The notes under the pieces were generated by a model. That model saw only the letters and a list, made by a program, of their open reading frames with translations, was not told where the DNA came from and did no database searches. From Octopus vulgaris (Eukaryota): a stretch of 64,000 nt of DNA. The position numbers and the translations under genes are program-made. The stretch lies in the NCBI GenBank assembly GCA_951406725.2, contig OX597814.1, forward strand, positions 167,586,001-167,650,000, read 5' to 3'. Below, piece by piece: positions 23,517-39,390 of this stretch. Every line of letters starts with the position of its first letter. The first letter of the stretch is position 1.

Positions 23517-25798
23517 ATCTACACCAATCATCCCACACCTAGGTTGTTGTTGCTCAGCTATTGCTAGACTGCTGATTACACTCTTTAACAATCACTTGTC
23601 ATGTAAGCAACTATCTCATCCTTAGTCATTTGGTATTTGATTTGTCCTCACGATTAGCATTAAATCAAGTAGCTGGAGACCGCCTTTTAAATTACCATTA
23701 AGCTTCCAACACTCTTATGACTACCATCAGCCACTTTGTGATTGACTCAATAAAATATCAAGAAATATTTTAGTAATTCCATATTTCTTTAACAGGGGAT
23801 ACTTCTTTTTTTGTAGTGTTTCTCTCTTCAGTGTTTATCTTTCTATAATCATTCAATATATTGGATCTTGGTTTGTTTAAGCAATGGGATGGAGTAGGGA
23901 AAACAATGGAAGGTACTTCACACATGAGCAGAAATTGCAAGAGTGTTCACATTTTGGCCACATTCAAAATATTGTATGGTTAGTTAAAAAGTTCTGCTTG
24001 ATTTCTATATCGATCAATATTGGTAGTTTAAATATTCCATGTTATATCAACTCATAAAATATGTCTTCCAGGAGTGTATCCCAAGAAAAAGAACCACAAC
24101 AGGTATATTAGCCTGCCAGTTTATCATTAATGCTACTTATGATTTTATTATTCCAAGTAGATTAAATCTAATTATCTTTAGCTTTCTAATTTTTTTTATT
24201 TCTCTTATTTGTAGGTAAATTTTTTCCTTAATGTTTTAATAATAGCATTAACTTTGTATTTTCTCTTCACACTAATCCAAATTATATTTAAGAGCTATAA
24301 TCAATACATGATTTAATTCTAAATTTTATGAATTTTGCATGAGAAACATACCCCATCATCTAAATATCAGCATTATTTTATAACTGTAGCAGATTGTACA
24401 CAAGTGACATTTTACAAAATAGCAAAACATTCAAATTCCCTTTCATTGCTCTGCTTCTATCAGGACACTCCTTGATCAATGGTAGGCTTCCTTTCTTCTA
24501 GTTCAGTTACTCATATCACCCTATTAAGTAAAGGTCAACGTTCCTGTTTTATTACTGCCAATGTCTGTTGCACTATATTTTTCTGTTGTAAGTCACAGTA
24601 AGAGGATGTCACCATGTTCATATGTTGTAAGCTCTTTCATTTTCCCATTTTCATGTTTTTCACTCAAAATGTGCAATTTCCTTATTCTAAATACATGTTG
24701 TGAAAGTCTGAAATCACTTGCATTTCTTCTGCAAATAAAAACTGTAGCTGAAGTACACTGCATCATCTTTCATGTCTTTCTTTTTTTAACAGTCTGTGGC
24801 ATTTTATTTCTCATGGGTAATAGTTTAGCCATTTCTCAGGTGCACATGTTAAAGGGTTAAAATAAGGGTTTCCTAGTTCTTTAGTTAGTTTAAACCTGTA
24901 TAAGTTTCTCGTTGTCTTATATTTCTGATATCCAGTATTACCTATTTCTTTCACCTTTCTGAGGACAATTAAATAAATACTAATTAGATTGTTTTTTTCT
25001 TGACTGAGAAAATATTTACTTTTCTATACATTCTCACCCACATCACAACATATCTTTCCCATAGTTGCATACCTAGGTACATGAGTATAACATGTGTCAC
25101 TTCCTTACATTGTCTAGAATATTTAAGCAGATTATTTTTAATTATTAAATACAATTTGGTGTCTATATTTTCAAAATATGATTCTTTTAATTAAATTAAT
25201 CAGCTTTGCTGTTAATAAGTTACAATGGGAAGTTGTTTTATCTTTTAAAATACATTGTTTTAAAACTAGTGATAACTACTTTCCATTGAGAAATTCATTT
25301 GTATTTATGTGCAGACAAACTGGAGCATGCACACACACACAGACAGTTGCATGCATACACACAGCCACATGCGTACATGCATGTATACACACACACATAT
25401 ACACACGTATGAAATGATCATTGGGTATATAGTAGTTTAGAAGTCATTCAAAATTATGGGTATTGAATATTTGTTAAAGTTCAAAATGTACATGTAACTG
25501 CTATCATAACATAATTATGTAGTTTTTATTACTTATTTTACTATTTTTGGTATATGTGAACTTTAGTTTTCTCTCTCATAGTTATCTATTTCTAAACCTA
25601 GTTTACCATGACTGTCATAGGAAGTTTCATTGAAGTGGCTTCCTGCTGCTTTCTGATAGATGAGAAACCTAAGAATTTTAGTTAGAGAGAAATGGAATTT
25701 GCGATGTTCATGTCTCTACCACAGGCATTAACAAGATAGATGAAATATTACAGCTATGACTAGAATTGAAATTGTGTTACTGACCTCTACTCTAAAGG

Positions 25799-25872
<74 letters not shown>

Positions 25873-25979
25873 TGTGAGTCCCTAAGTCAGGGAAAAGATG
25901 CATTCGTATCTCTGTTAATAGAGGAGGTATATTATCCAAAATGTGCAGTATTATATATTCATCACAGCTGATCTTACCA

Positions 25980-26011
<32 letters not shown>

Positions 26012-26088
26012 GGATGGATGTTACACTTGTCATTAACCTGTAAGCATTCATGATGTGAATATTGTTAGATGTGTTGATATATTTGTAT

Positions 26089-26140
26089 AAAACTGATGAG
26101 TCAAAGAAACTAAGAAAGACAAAATGTCTGTGCATGTTTT
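26089..26140 (+). ncRNA. Decayed type I hammerhead-ribozyme-like motif
   Basis: aaaa-CTGATGA-gtc...gac-AAAA-tgtctgtgcat-g-tttt. G12 appears as A. Confidence 0.5.
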
Positions 26141-26714
26141 GACCTGAAGGGTTTTACTTGCTACCAACAAGCTACAACTTCTTACAATAGGGAATATTCA
26201 ATCCTTAGGTATCTACACAGAGATATATGGACTCAGCTATTGAGAGTTAAGTATTTTAGCCGTACACTTAAAACTTCAGAAGAATACAATGTATCAGCAC
26301 TCTATCAACTAAAAACATAACTATGTTTTTCTTTTTGTAGCCCCCATGACAACAGTTTTTTTTTTTATTATTATCAAGCAACTAGGTTGCATTCATGGTA
26401 ATCATCTCAGCTGAGATCAGCAATTAACACACGACAATAGTTCGATGTATATTTACATCAACTGCTTAAACCAGTTCACGGCGTTGATTCATTCAGTTGC
26501 CTGTGCACGGCAATAGGAATCGCACTGATTGATGTCAGCACTAGGCATGAAATAATGTTCAGCATATATTTATGTCGACCACTTTAGTGCAAGAAGTACT
26601 GTTTATTTACCTAAACTATATCCCTATGCAGGACACTCATGCAGTATTATTCATGAATAAGATCACTCGACAGTACAAGTCAGATCAACTTCATGTATTT
26701 ACAATCATGTAAAT

Positions 26715-28100
<1,386 letters not shown>

Positions 28101-31100
28101 AAACAACTGGTGAGGTGGTGGAGCTTGGTGTAGCTTGGCACGATGACCATAAATTCAACACAACAGGATTTAATGATGAAGTTGATAGAGCTGAAGTGGT
28201 AGGATGCAATGACCGTAACTTCAACAAAACAGAATGCAACAACGAAGTTGCATAGAAAAAATAGGGTGAATATTTCATAGAGCTGTGAAGAAAGAATCAA
28301 GCATATAATTCCAGTCATGCACACACACACACATTGAATTGAGGCTTTCAAATACTGAAAATAGTTGTTAGTTGTCGGAGCACTGCATCCTTCAAAACTT
28401 CCATGCTTTCTGAGATTCGCCAACACTACACCTGATTTTCTCCCCTCCATACACACACAAGCATGTATCTGACTCATACATTGTTCGCTTTCCAGACATT
28501 TGTACATTACTGCATATACTTTATACGCACTTTCTGACAAGTTGTGGTGCACCTGAGTACTGTATACAATAATTTCTTTATTATTATTATTATACCAGTC
28601 TTATGAAATACAAAGAGCAAAAGAGCAAAAAATGGTGCAAACACACTCCACAAAATGTTTCTGAGAATGACTAAATGAACATACTTGGAGCTATGTCAAT
28701 TCAAACACAGGCAAAAAAAGGTTAGGAAACAAAGAGGAAAACTGAACTGGAGAGACAAGCCCAAACTAACTAGCAATATGGGGCATGGCTAAGTTACTTG
28801 GTGTCTGATTTGATTCTAAAATCCACATGGATAGGAACTGGGCTGAGGTAATGAGAATGTAGCCAACCTCTCTCAGAAATAGACTGAGTGAAAGCTGTTC
28901 CTGAAAAATCATACAGATGTGGCAAATACATACATTACTTCTACTTCATTTTACACTCTGACCATTATGTCTTGCTCTAGTTTTTGTCTCACTAGGTTGG
29001 AATGTCTGAACATTTGCTTCTGGAACACTTCCAGATGCTTGCTTCCAGTGCCTCCTTAGCTGAAGGATCGCTATGTGGTAGTTGATGATACATAGACATG
29101 CATTGAGATTACATCATCAGCAAATATTCCTGGATGGTGAGCAGGTATGGTTGCCATCTGCCTGGCATACCTTTCCACAACTTGTCGTTGTAACAGAGTT
29201 ACAGCTCTGAGTTATGCCAAAGCTAAAACTGGACATTTAGCATCAGGAATGTTGTCAGATGCTCACAGCCCTCTACCAGTCAGACGATGCAGCTGGTGGA
29301 ATTTCTGTTGTGAGCTTTGTGTAGTTCTATACAATAGACAGTGGTTACAATATTCTTGGAAAACCCCTTCTCTATTCAAAATTGCTGACTTTGTGGCTAC
29401 ATCAGAAACAATTATGATTATTATCCCTTTCATGTTCTTAAGATGCTATCCAGTGCAAGTTATTTTTGTAAATAGTTGTTTGTATTTGAGTATTTCTTTG
29501 TGTGAATATATATGTGTACACAAACACACACACACACATGTACATAAGTATGTACATACACACAATTTTTTTTTTCTAATATAATCAGTTTCAAAGCTCA
29601 ATGAAAAACAGCTACATTTTAATTTGATTTTTCTGGGTATTTTCCTCTCATATCATCTCTTTGAACTACTTTAAGAGACAATACTAGTTTACTTTGAACA
29701 AATGAAAGAACCTCCATATAACCACTTGACCTGATAAAATTAATTAGCAAACCATTCCTGTCTGATCTGCTTTCCTAGTGATCATGGTTTTGATCGTCCA
29801 AATTTGTGTTGCCTAATATGTCAGTTTGTCACTCTACACTGATAACTGATCATAGTTTGTTTGAAAATATGCTTTAAATTTCTAGATTTAATTTTATAAT
29901 ACTTTTTCGTCATCATTGTCATATCTGCATCCTCTTTTCCATACTTGCATAGGTCAGATGGAATTCATTGAGGCAGATTTTCTAAGGCTGGGTTTTTTTT
30001 ACCTTGTTGCCAAACCTCACCTATTTCCAAGGAAGGTAATATTTCCCTTGGCTGAACATATTTTCACAGAAGACTGGAAATGAAGGACACTGCTTATAGA
30101 ACAGTATTGCTCATTTACAACTATCACTTAATGGTGTACGTGCACACACACACACACATGGTAGCCTCCTTCCATTACCAAATGCCAAATCCATTCTCAT
30201 GTGGCTTTGGTTAGCCTGACAATTTGTTCTTTTGTAAAAATTCAGCCCTACTAGACTTCGTTTTTATATATCTTAGCATGGTTATATTTCCTATGCATCT
30301 CAATACTCATTGACAATATCTGTTGGCAGGTAATCACTTCTGTTTTGAGTGATTCTGTAACAAGCCCAATTTTAACTTATCTTAGACACACTACTTATCT
30401 ACATTATGCAAGTATCTAAGAACAAACAGATTTATATTATTGCTTTTCATTTTAAAAACTCTTTATATAGTGCCAATAAGAAAACTGTGTGTGTGTGTGT
30501 GTGAAGAGAGATATTTAAACTACCAGGCAGAAAAAAATGCTGTTATCTTACATAAATAAAACAAAATAAAATTTCTTTGTTTAGTTGGGCTTTTTGTTTG
30601 TTTTTTTCATCTTGTCTTTTGATAGCAAAATTTATTTAAACTTATCCGTTTGTCTCAGAAAGCTGCAAGTAGGTGCTTGCTACAAAAACTTGTGCAAACA
30701 TCTGAATTTTTGAACTAACCAGTTTATGCTAACATGAAAGGGTGATAAACTGAAGAAAGGAAGAAGATTCCTTAAAACAGTTTTAACATCTCCAAATTTA
30801 AACTAATTTTAAGAAAGTAGAGAGTAAATTTGTGCTATATCCTTTTGAAATAGAATAAATTTTCTATAAAAAATGTTTTCTCATCTAAATACGTGTTTCA
30901 CAAACAATATACAGTAATTAATACATCATGATTAGTAATCTAGAAAAACTTTCTGTGGAAGCAATATGCACATTTATTTATCTTTTATTTTTTAGTGTTT
31001 TTGTCTTTTATGCTGCTCTTATATACAATACAGCAAATGTTTTCATTTGTCTCTATTCTGCTTCAATTTTTCTTTTAAGTTCTAATCTACTTCTCAGATT

Positions 31101-34100
31101 TTAATCAGTCCACTCCTTTCTAATTAATAATTTATATTATTCTCCATGCAATGCAGTATACCTCTTGAACAGTAAATTGTTTATACCCTGTTATTTCTTT
31201 GCTACATTTCAATTCAGTCTGCTTTTTTCCATTACATATCCAATAAATGATATCTAACTTTTTATTCTGATGTTGTCCTCTGACATTACTGACCGATTTT
31301 CTCTGTCATTGTGTCACATATGTTATACTGTATGTCTTTTATACAAAGAGAATCCTTCACTAACAAGGTCTGTAATTTCTTAAAGTTTTCTTACCTTCCC
31401 CTATGCTGTCAGCAGCTCTGTCTCTCCATCCACAAACTGATTATGTCACTTAGCTGATAAAACATATCTATTAATTCTTTGCTCACCTGCCATATAGACA
31501 GCTGTGGTTCATATTCTAGCCAAGAAACCTGAATTATTTCTGAGTCACAAAGGAATCATTACATAGTCATTTGGCTTGCTAGAAATATACCCGAGTTACC
31601 TTCAAATCAGTCTACTATCTTAAAAAGAGACTATGTGTTGCATATTATAACAAATAAGACAGGACAGTCATGATTGGCTGACCTGGGGTTAAACAATAGC
31701 AACAAATACAGCAAACTTGTCCTGCCAGAAAAAAATAGCACTTTTGTTCTGAGAGCAATCCAAACTGTTTCTGTTTTATCCATATCAGTTTTAAAATCTT
31801 CTAATTTAGTTGTTAACTTCTCTATCATCTTCCTTATTTGATAGCTTATTTTCTATGCAGTTTTCTCTCTTCAGTACATCTCTTACTTATAACTAACAAC
31901 TTTGCTTTCTGAGTCATCAAAAGAACCTCTTCTGAAATTTGTTTAAATAGGTGTGACCAGCCAATTGTGATCCTTCAAGCATCTCAGTAACTAACTGAAC
32001 ATGTTTGTTTAATCAAATTACTGTGCCATTTCTAGTACCTACTTCTAACTCTTATGTTGGTGGCACAAGTTCCTTTATTGCCATCAGTGTAAGAAGTCTC
32101 TCTGTAACCTAACTTGTTACAATATTCTATAAGAACCATAGCATATCAAAAAGCAACTAGTAACGGTTGCCACATATTTCACTCTAACATAATTGGCAAG
32201 GCTTGCCACATATTTCAATCTGGACCTAGCATCTTCAAGATTCTGACTTTTAATCTATTTCCTACCGAGTATTTCTTTGTTGTTAGTCTTGAGCTACAGA
32301 TTCTCCTACTATCAGTATACAGTACTTTTTCTCTGAAACTTATTGTCCATTCACATCACATGTCTGTAACAGTAAAATCATTTCTCTTACATCTGCTGAT
32401 CAAGGGAAATAGCAATAATAATTAAAGTGTTAGTTTAATGTTGTGTCATATACAAGGTTAGCATGAAGCAAAGATATAAGTTTAAGCTCTGCTCATTGTA
32501 AAGATCAGAGGTTATATGGTGGTGTTGGCATATTAAAACTGATAGATGGATAGATTAATGTCACACAGATTGTTAGAAAAGCTAATTGCATCTTTTTGTT
32601 ACTATGTATGGGGAATAATAATAATAATAATTATTTCTCATTTAATGTTATTATATACACTGAATAATTTCTTATTTAGGATTGGAAGCTAAACTTATGA
32701 AGAAATAATGCTGCAAAATTGTCTAATTAATGTCTTTTCCTAGGGCTTTCACATGATAAATGTGATTATTTCAGTGCGGTATCAGTTTGATATTGTAAAT
32801 TGTGACAAAACTAACTTACATAATATGTTTCAGATAAATATTTCTATGTCTGAAAATTTATCTCATCAATGAAGACATTGCTGACAAGCGATAAAAGACT
32901 TAAAAAGTATATAATTTTGAAAGATGAAGTTTAGTTGTTGTGAAGTAGAAATTAGGAAACCAAATCTTTAGTAAAGTTTAGCATTATGGAATTTTACAAA
33001 AATTAGTTATGTTTCCAAGAAGAAAATACAGAAAATTGAAACATTATTTTGAGAAAGGAGTGAGTTATTCAAGTTTTTTTGTTTGTTTTTTGTTTCTCTT
33101 GGAAACCTATATAAGTTAGAAATGAACTTTTTTTTTACATCTTTGTTTAGTTTTAAATATATAATGGTAATGGTTTCCCTCTGTACATCAAATTTGTCTT
33201 GTACAGCTGTAAAGTATTATTCTTCTTGTCGATGATTATGTATTGATAAAAATAATTCTTTTCTTACATCTCCATAGTATAATCTTTTGTTGCTATGGTC
33301 AAAATTGAAGAGTTTTACACAAATCAATATCTTGGAAATTTCTTCTTCACCATAATTGTGGTGTCATAAGATGACAATTTCTCAGTTTCTCTTCATAATA
33401 TGGAAAAACATTTCAGCTCACCTGTAGATTCTATCACATGCTATTACACTTCCTGTAATTTCAGCTTGCCACTTACTAGAGGAAGTAGTTATGCGAAGGA
33501 AATGTAATTGCTCTCAGCATTATCGTATAAAACATATCTAGCATTAATATGAAATCATGCTTTGTACTAAAATTTATTAGAGGAGAATAGATTTATTAAA
33601 AGATAATGGATTACAATTAAATATTTAGGTTTGTTAACATTGAGGAAAATTATTATACTAAATATTAAAGTGGTATGAATTGAAATAAAGGAATTAGTTA
33701 AGAATTAACTTTCAAAAACAGTTAGTTAACATTTTCATATCAAATATGAAAATATAAAAGACCACATTTGGATTGGTATTATATGACAATAAAAACTCTA
33801 GCTTGAACTCCACAACTCTTTTCCATGCTACATTGTCCTTCCTCAGGACACGATGTCCTTAGAAATTCATTCAGATATACATAAATGTTTCTAAGCAGAA
33901 CAGAAAATCAAATAGTTTTAAGAACAAGGTTAGAAAATCCTAGATTAGAGCTTATAATTGTGATATCTCTTTAGAAATGATGTTTAATTTCAGAATAATC
34001 TTGGTATATTGACTAAAAAGTGCCCCTAGTGATTTCTAGTTTGTTGAGGTATAATAAGAATAAGTGAATGAAAACTACATATAGGTTGGTGTCTAGAGGA

Positions 34101-34150
34101 GGTATCAGAGAAATTACAAGTAAACTCATATAAAGAAATTTGATCACATT

Positions 34151-34515
34151 AGTCTTTTATCTTTTACTTGGACTGCAGCCATGTTGGGGCACTGCCTTGA
34201 AGGATTTAGTTAAGTAAATCAACCCCAATACTTATTTTTATACCTGGTTCATATTATGTTATTCCTTCCTAAACTGCTAAGTTATAGGAACATAAACAAA
34301 CCAACACCAGTTGTCTAGTGGTGGTTGTTGGGTTTAAACAAACACAGGTGCACATAAGCATGAAGGGCTTCCACAGTTTCTATCTACCAGATTCATTCAT
34401 AAAGCATCTGTTAACCTGGGTCTGTAGTAGAAGACACCCAAAGTGTTGCACTATGGGACTGGATCTGAAACTACATGGGTGACAAAGCAAGCATCTTAAC
34501 CACACAGCTATGCAT
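34151..34515 (-). mobile_element. SINE family A, diverged
   Basis: ttttacttggactgcagccatgttgg...agtagaagacacccaa...ttaaccacacagc. Confidence 0.8.
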
Positions 34516-34543
34516 GTATGCATATATATATATATATATATAT

Positions 34544-34899
34544 CATCATCATCATTGTTTAGCGTCCGCTTTCCATGCTAGCATGGGTTGAATGGTTCAA
34601 CTGGGGTCTGAGAAGCCAGAAGGCTGCACTAGGCCCAGTCTGATCTGGCAATGTTTCTACGGCTGGATGCCCTTCCTAACACCAACCACTCTGTGAGTGT
34701 AGTGGGTGCTTTTTATGTGCCAGGCGAGGCTGTTAATGGCCACAATCGGATGGTGCTTTTTACGTGCCACTGGCATGGAGGCTAGTTAGGGTGGCACTAG
34801 CAACAGCCACATTCGGATGGTTCACTTACGTGCCACCGGCACTGGTATCACAGCTACAATTTCCATTGATGTTGATCGATTTTGATTTTGATTTTGATT
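34544..34899 (-). mobile_element. RTE LINE 3' fragment
   Basis: (CAT)n tail next to (TA)n, then the 3' UTR as far as the gatttt repeats. Confidence 0.9.
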
Positions 34900-35155
34900 G
34901 AGTCATTGGCACCTCTGGTGGATTAGAGAATGGACTGGCCAAACTCTTATAAAGAGTAGAGATCGGTGGTAGTAGTAAGAGAGAGCATTTTGGTAGTCTT
35001 GCGAAGTGCATTGTGTGAACACATTGATTAAACCTCTGCATAATTTATCTGTGCCAACCTGTGGTAGGGTATAAAAGAGGCAATGAAATATTTGAAGCTT
35101 GCATAAGATGGTTAAATTTTTTTTGGTACAAAACTAATTTTAAAAAATATTTAAC

Positions 35156-37850
35156 ATGGAAGACTTGTTGGCTCAGATGATACGGTTGCAACAGCAACAA
35201 TAGCAGTTATAACAACTACAACAACAATACCAACAGTTACTGGAAGTAACGTTGAAGAAGTTTGAAAATATTTCAGGTTCATTCTTGTCAGACAGTGTTG
35301 CAAATTCAATTACAGAATTTATTTATAACCCAGAAGAAGGTATTAATTTTTCTTCGTATTTTCGAAGATACAAAGAAATCTTCAAAGAAGAATGTAAACA
35401 TTGGAATAATGAGAAGGTGCGACTGCTTTTAAGAAAGTTATCCCCTGCCAAACATGAAAAATACTGCAACAATATTCTGCCAAAGACACCAGGCGAGATT
35501 TGTTTCACTGAAACAGTTAATTTGTTATCAAGAATTTTCAGTGAAAGAAGTTCCCTGTTCAATACTCGTTGGCAGTATTTAAATTTAGTTAAAAAAGATG
35601 AAGATTTTGTCACCTATGCTGGGGTAGTTGACAGAGAGTGTGAAAAATTCAAATTACCATAAAAACCTATGTGATTTGCGTACCTGTGTAATTTACACAG
35701 GTGATTTTCAGGATAAAATTTGTCAAAAAATGAGCTTCTACTTGTGTAAAATTCACACCCAAAAGTTTTTAGAACTGCCAATATAGCCTGGGGGAAAAGG
35801 TTTTCAGTTCAGTTGTATTTAGCATAATTTATTAAATTTTCATTAAATAAAAATAATTTCTATTTAACAGGCATTACATTGAAAGCTTTTAAATTACAAA
35901 GTGTTTGTGTTGTTTATAAACTTTGTTTTACATTTCTTGCCCACAAGAGATTATGTCCAATCTTTAGTATACTGATGTATGTCTTCTCAAATCACAATCA
36001 CAGGAAAAGTTGTTGATAAGAATGAGCAACAAAAACAAAGCTGATAAATACGCACAGGTGTTGCAAATTAAGTTTAATTACCAATAAACATCAGCTTGGA
36101 TGACACTTTGCTCAACCAACAGAGGAAGGTGACCAATCAAACTGATTATGCAAACAGAATTATTTTCTGCTTATACTTGTTGGAACCTTTGATATGGAGT
36201 GTTAAAATTTTAATCCCTATCACATTTATAAAATGTGAAGTAAACTTTAAAATTTGTCATTACTATTATTGTCAGTGTGGGCAGAATTTTTTAATCATTT
36301 ATCAAAGGAGAAATTAAATATGCTGAATATGCATTTGAACATGGCAATAGAGCTGCTGCCAAAAGGTATTTTAATGTTCGAAATTGGTATAGCCAGTATG
36401 ACAAAGTTAAAACTGTGCCTAGTAATAAACAGACAAAAATAAAAATATACAATCAAGATTATCCATATCATTATATTTTTTCAGTCAGGAATATCCATAT
36501 CACTATGTATGTCAATGGCGCTCCATTGCGATAGGTAGAAACTCCAAGCAATGTAAAATATGGCCTGGACCGTGTTTACCAGCATAAGCATCAGACTTCA
36601 AAAAGTAGTTGACCATTTAACGGTTTCAGTAAATTTATACAGAAAACGTATTATACCATCCAGCATAAAAAAGTCATCTTCATTATATTTATGCTATTAT
36701 TTTTTCTGGTACAAATGTTTACATTTTGTATGTCGTTTCTCAATAAAAAAAATATCAAAAGAATTCTGGAAGCGATCTACTCACATAATTTACGCACTCC
36801 CTAAAGTTTATTTTTATTTTTGTGGAAAAAGGTGCGGAAATTACATGGGTTTTTATGGTAAATGAATTAACCCTGGATTTGTTCAAATGTCTAATTTTTG
36901 TTCAAGGGTTAACAGCAAGAGGAAGATGCTGATATACATTCCCATGTATTAACAAAATTAGAACAGGATTAAAAATTAACTCTACAGGCAATGGCTGAAG
37001 AATGCCTGAGAATTATAAATTTAAGGCCTAACACAGATAAAATTGTAGAAAAAGATACATGCATATCAAAGATACATGTGTTGTCCTTTTAAAAATTGTA
37101 AATGTTTTGATTGTGAAAAAAACAGTTAATTTACAAAAGACAGGTACAGCCTTATGGTAGGTTTTATTTAACATTCAATACAGCATACTTCACAGTATGA
37201 TATACAATAAAAGTAGACAGCATGGCCACAGCTTGTGAGCTGAAACTAAATAAAATAAAAAATGATGCCAAGAGTTAATCATGAACAATGAAACATCTAA
37301 TGAGGACAAACTTTAGATACAACTGCAAATCATGCTGTTTATGACAACTGGACATAAAAATTCACATTGTATAGTGAAACAAAAAATGGGTCAAACAAAA
37401 AAAAATGCTAGAAAGAATGTAAAAGAATGTATTGCTAAAAAAAAAATTGTAAGTGATGCTCAGAAAGAAAATTTGTGTCCATAAAAATGAGTAACATGGA
37501 TATCAAGTTACAGTTAGATATAGGCAGTGGTATCACAATAATCAATAGCCACATGGAGAAAAATGGGGAAACATTGAAAATTGCACAGGATGTTTCAGGA
37601 AAAAAGTTGCATCTTATGAGTGAAATGATTAGTAATGTGACATTTTGTGGAAAAACTTTGAAAGCCAAGATTTTTGTGCTGAAAAATACAACATTTATTT
37701 GGAACAGATTGGATGAAACTATTTAACTTATGGGATCTACCCATATATATTTTTTGTAAGAATGTGGATGGTTCTTCCACCAGTACAAATAAGGTGTCAG
37801 AGGATTTAAAAAAAATTTTTCCTGAAGTTTTTTTCTGAGGAATTGGGTCT
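35156..37850 (+). pseudogene. Gypsy-type LTR retrotransposon gag-protease relic, interrupted
   Basis: EFIYNPEEGINFSSYFRRYKEIF...KVRLLLRKL...SLFNTRWQ...CEKFKL resumes at 36861 as NELTLDLFKCLIFVQGL...MAEECLRI. Protease-like LQLDIGS lies in ORF 37475-37726, followed by LFGTDW and FPEVFSEELG. Confidence 0.85.
35657..36858 (+). mobile_element. pogo/Tigger-like (Tc1-mariner superfamily) deletion derivative
   Basis: 28-bp imperfect TIRs (ccataaaaacctatgtgatttgcgtacc), TA TSD, and an internal YAEYAFEHGNRAAAKRYFNVRNW relic resembling a Brinker-type DNA-binding domain at about 36319-36388. Confidence 0.9.
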
Positions 37851-38062
37851 TTGGGATTTTTTCGGTTTGAATGGCAGTTTTTAACGTAATTTCTAGGTAA
37901 CTAAAAAATTTTAAACTTCATATACTGGTAGAATGTGTCTATAAAACATCTTTTTCTCTTGGCTTTATTGAGAAAATTCTATATTTTGTGAGATATTTGT
38001 TGTTTTTTTCTTCAATTTCTGCAATTTCAACCAATTAAATACATCTATTGAGGTAAAAAAAC

Positions 38063-38199
38063 AAGGAATGAAACCAGTATGATCTGATGGATGTGTAATG
38101 TCAGTGTGCATACTCGACAGAGTGTAAGTACCTTGAGAGAAAAGTTGGATCTAAGAAGCATCAAATGTAGTGTGCAAGAGTGATGACTGTGCTGGTATG
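38063..38199 (+). mobile_element. Internal RTE ORF fragment
   Basis: Translates to RNETSMI*WMCNVSVHTRQSVSTLREKLDLRSI, matching the full copies. Confidence 0.9.
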
Positions 38200-38901
38200 C
38201 TGATGGAGTAATGTAATAGGTGTAAGAAGGTTTGATATAATTGACAGATCAGAAATTTGAGGAAATATTATTAGTATGCTGGCACCTTAATCTTACAACC
38301 TCTGCACTTCTATTATGCTATCATAAATATCAGGCTACTAATTGTGATAGTAGTTAAATGGTATTATTTCTGCTACTTAATGTAAAAACAGGTTCTATTC
38401 ATTTACGATGAGAATAGTAATGAACTGATTCAAGATAAAAATAAGTGCTTTAAGGTAATATTAACAAAAAGAATTGCAAACAAGACACTGTTACATCATA
38501 GATGTTACTAATTAATATTCAAGACAATTATTTTATAAAATCCACCCATTGGAGTGGTTGCTTTTCTTATCACATACAGCTTTAACAAAGATCAATCTTG
38601 ATATCTCGTGCTTTAAATTTTTTTTTTATGTTTTACTAGTTCAACATAAGTTGCACTTCCTTTGTGTACTTCTTTTTATCAATATTTAAGTGGTAAATGA
38701 AAGAGAATTCACTCTGTGTGGTATCTAAACAGTGAAATCAGTCTCCAAATTTTTGTCAGTAAGTATTAATACATGTTAACCTGTTTTTATGCCAACTAAG
38801 CTGCTTATTTATGTTAGTAACAATAATGTTAAAATTTACTACAGCATTTATTCATGTTATTATTTTACAATCTCTCTCTCTCTCTCTCTTTCTCAAACAC
38901 A

Positions 38902-39360
38902 CATCATCATCATCATCATCGTTTAACGTCCGCTTTCCATGCTAGCATGGGTTGGACGGTTCAACTGGCGTCTGGGAAGCCCGAAGGCTGCACCAGGCCA
39001 GTCAGATCAAGCAGTGTTTCTACAGCTGGATGTAGTGTAGTGGATGCTTTTTATGTGCCACGATCAGATGGTGTTTGTTACGTGCCACCAGCACAGAGGC
39101 CAGTCGATGCGGTGCTGGCTATGGCCATGTTCTGATGGTTCTCTTATGTGCCACCGGCACTGGTACCACAAACTACTAATTCCATTGATGTTGATCGATT
39201 TCGATTTTGATTTGATTTTTTGATTCTTTGATTTTCACTTGCCTCAACAGGTCTTCACAAGTATAGTTATATGTCCCAAGAAGGAAGGTATGCACCAGTG
39301 GACTGAGTACGTCCCAGGTAGGGGCCACGGGTTATGGCCTCACTTGTCCTGCCGGGTCTT
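38902..39360 (-). mobile_element. RTE LINE 3' fragment (whole 3' UTR and last codons KTRQDK*)
   Basis: Colinear with 20818-21373. Confidence 0.92.
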
Positions 39361-39390
39361 TGGGTGTATGGAAAATTTTTTTTAAATATT

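Noticed and set aside
28840-29450. Possible ancient LINE relic (also 31700-32400)
   Set aside because: The composition is suggestive, but I could not recover a convincing motif by eye.
34900-35100. 5' LTR and primer-binding site of the Gypsy relic
   Set aside because: The position is plausible, but there is no second LTR and no clear TG...CA or tRNA-complementary site.
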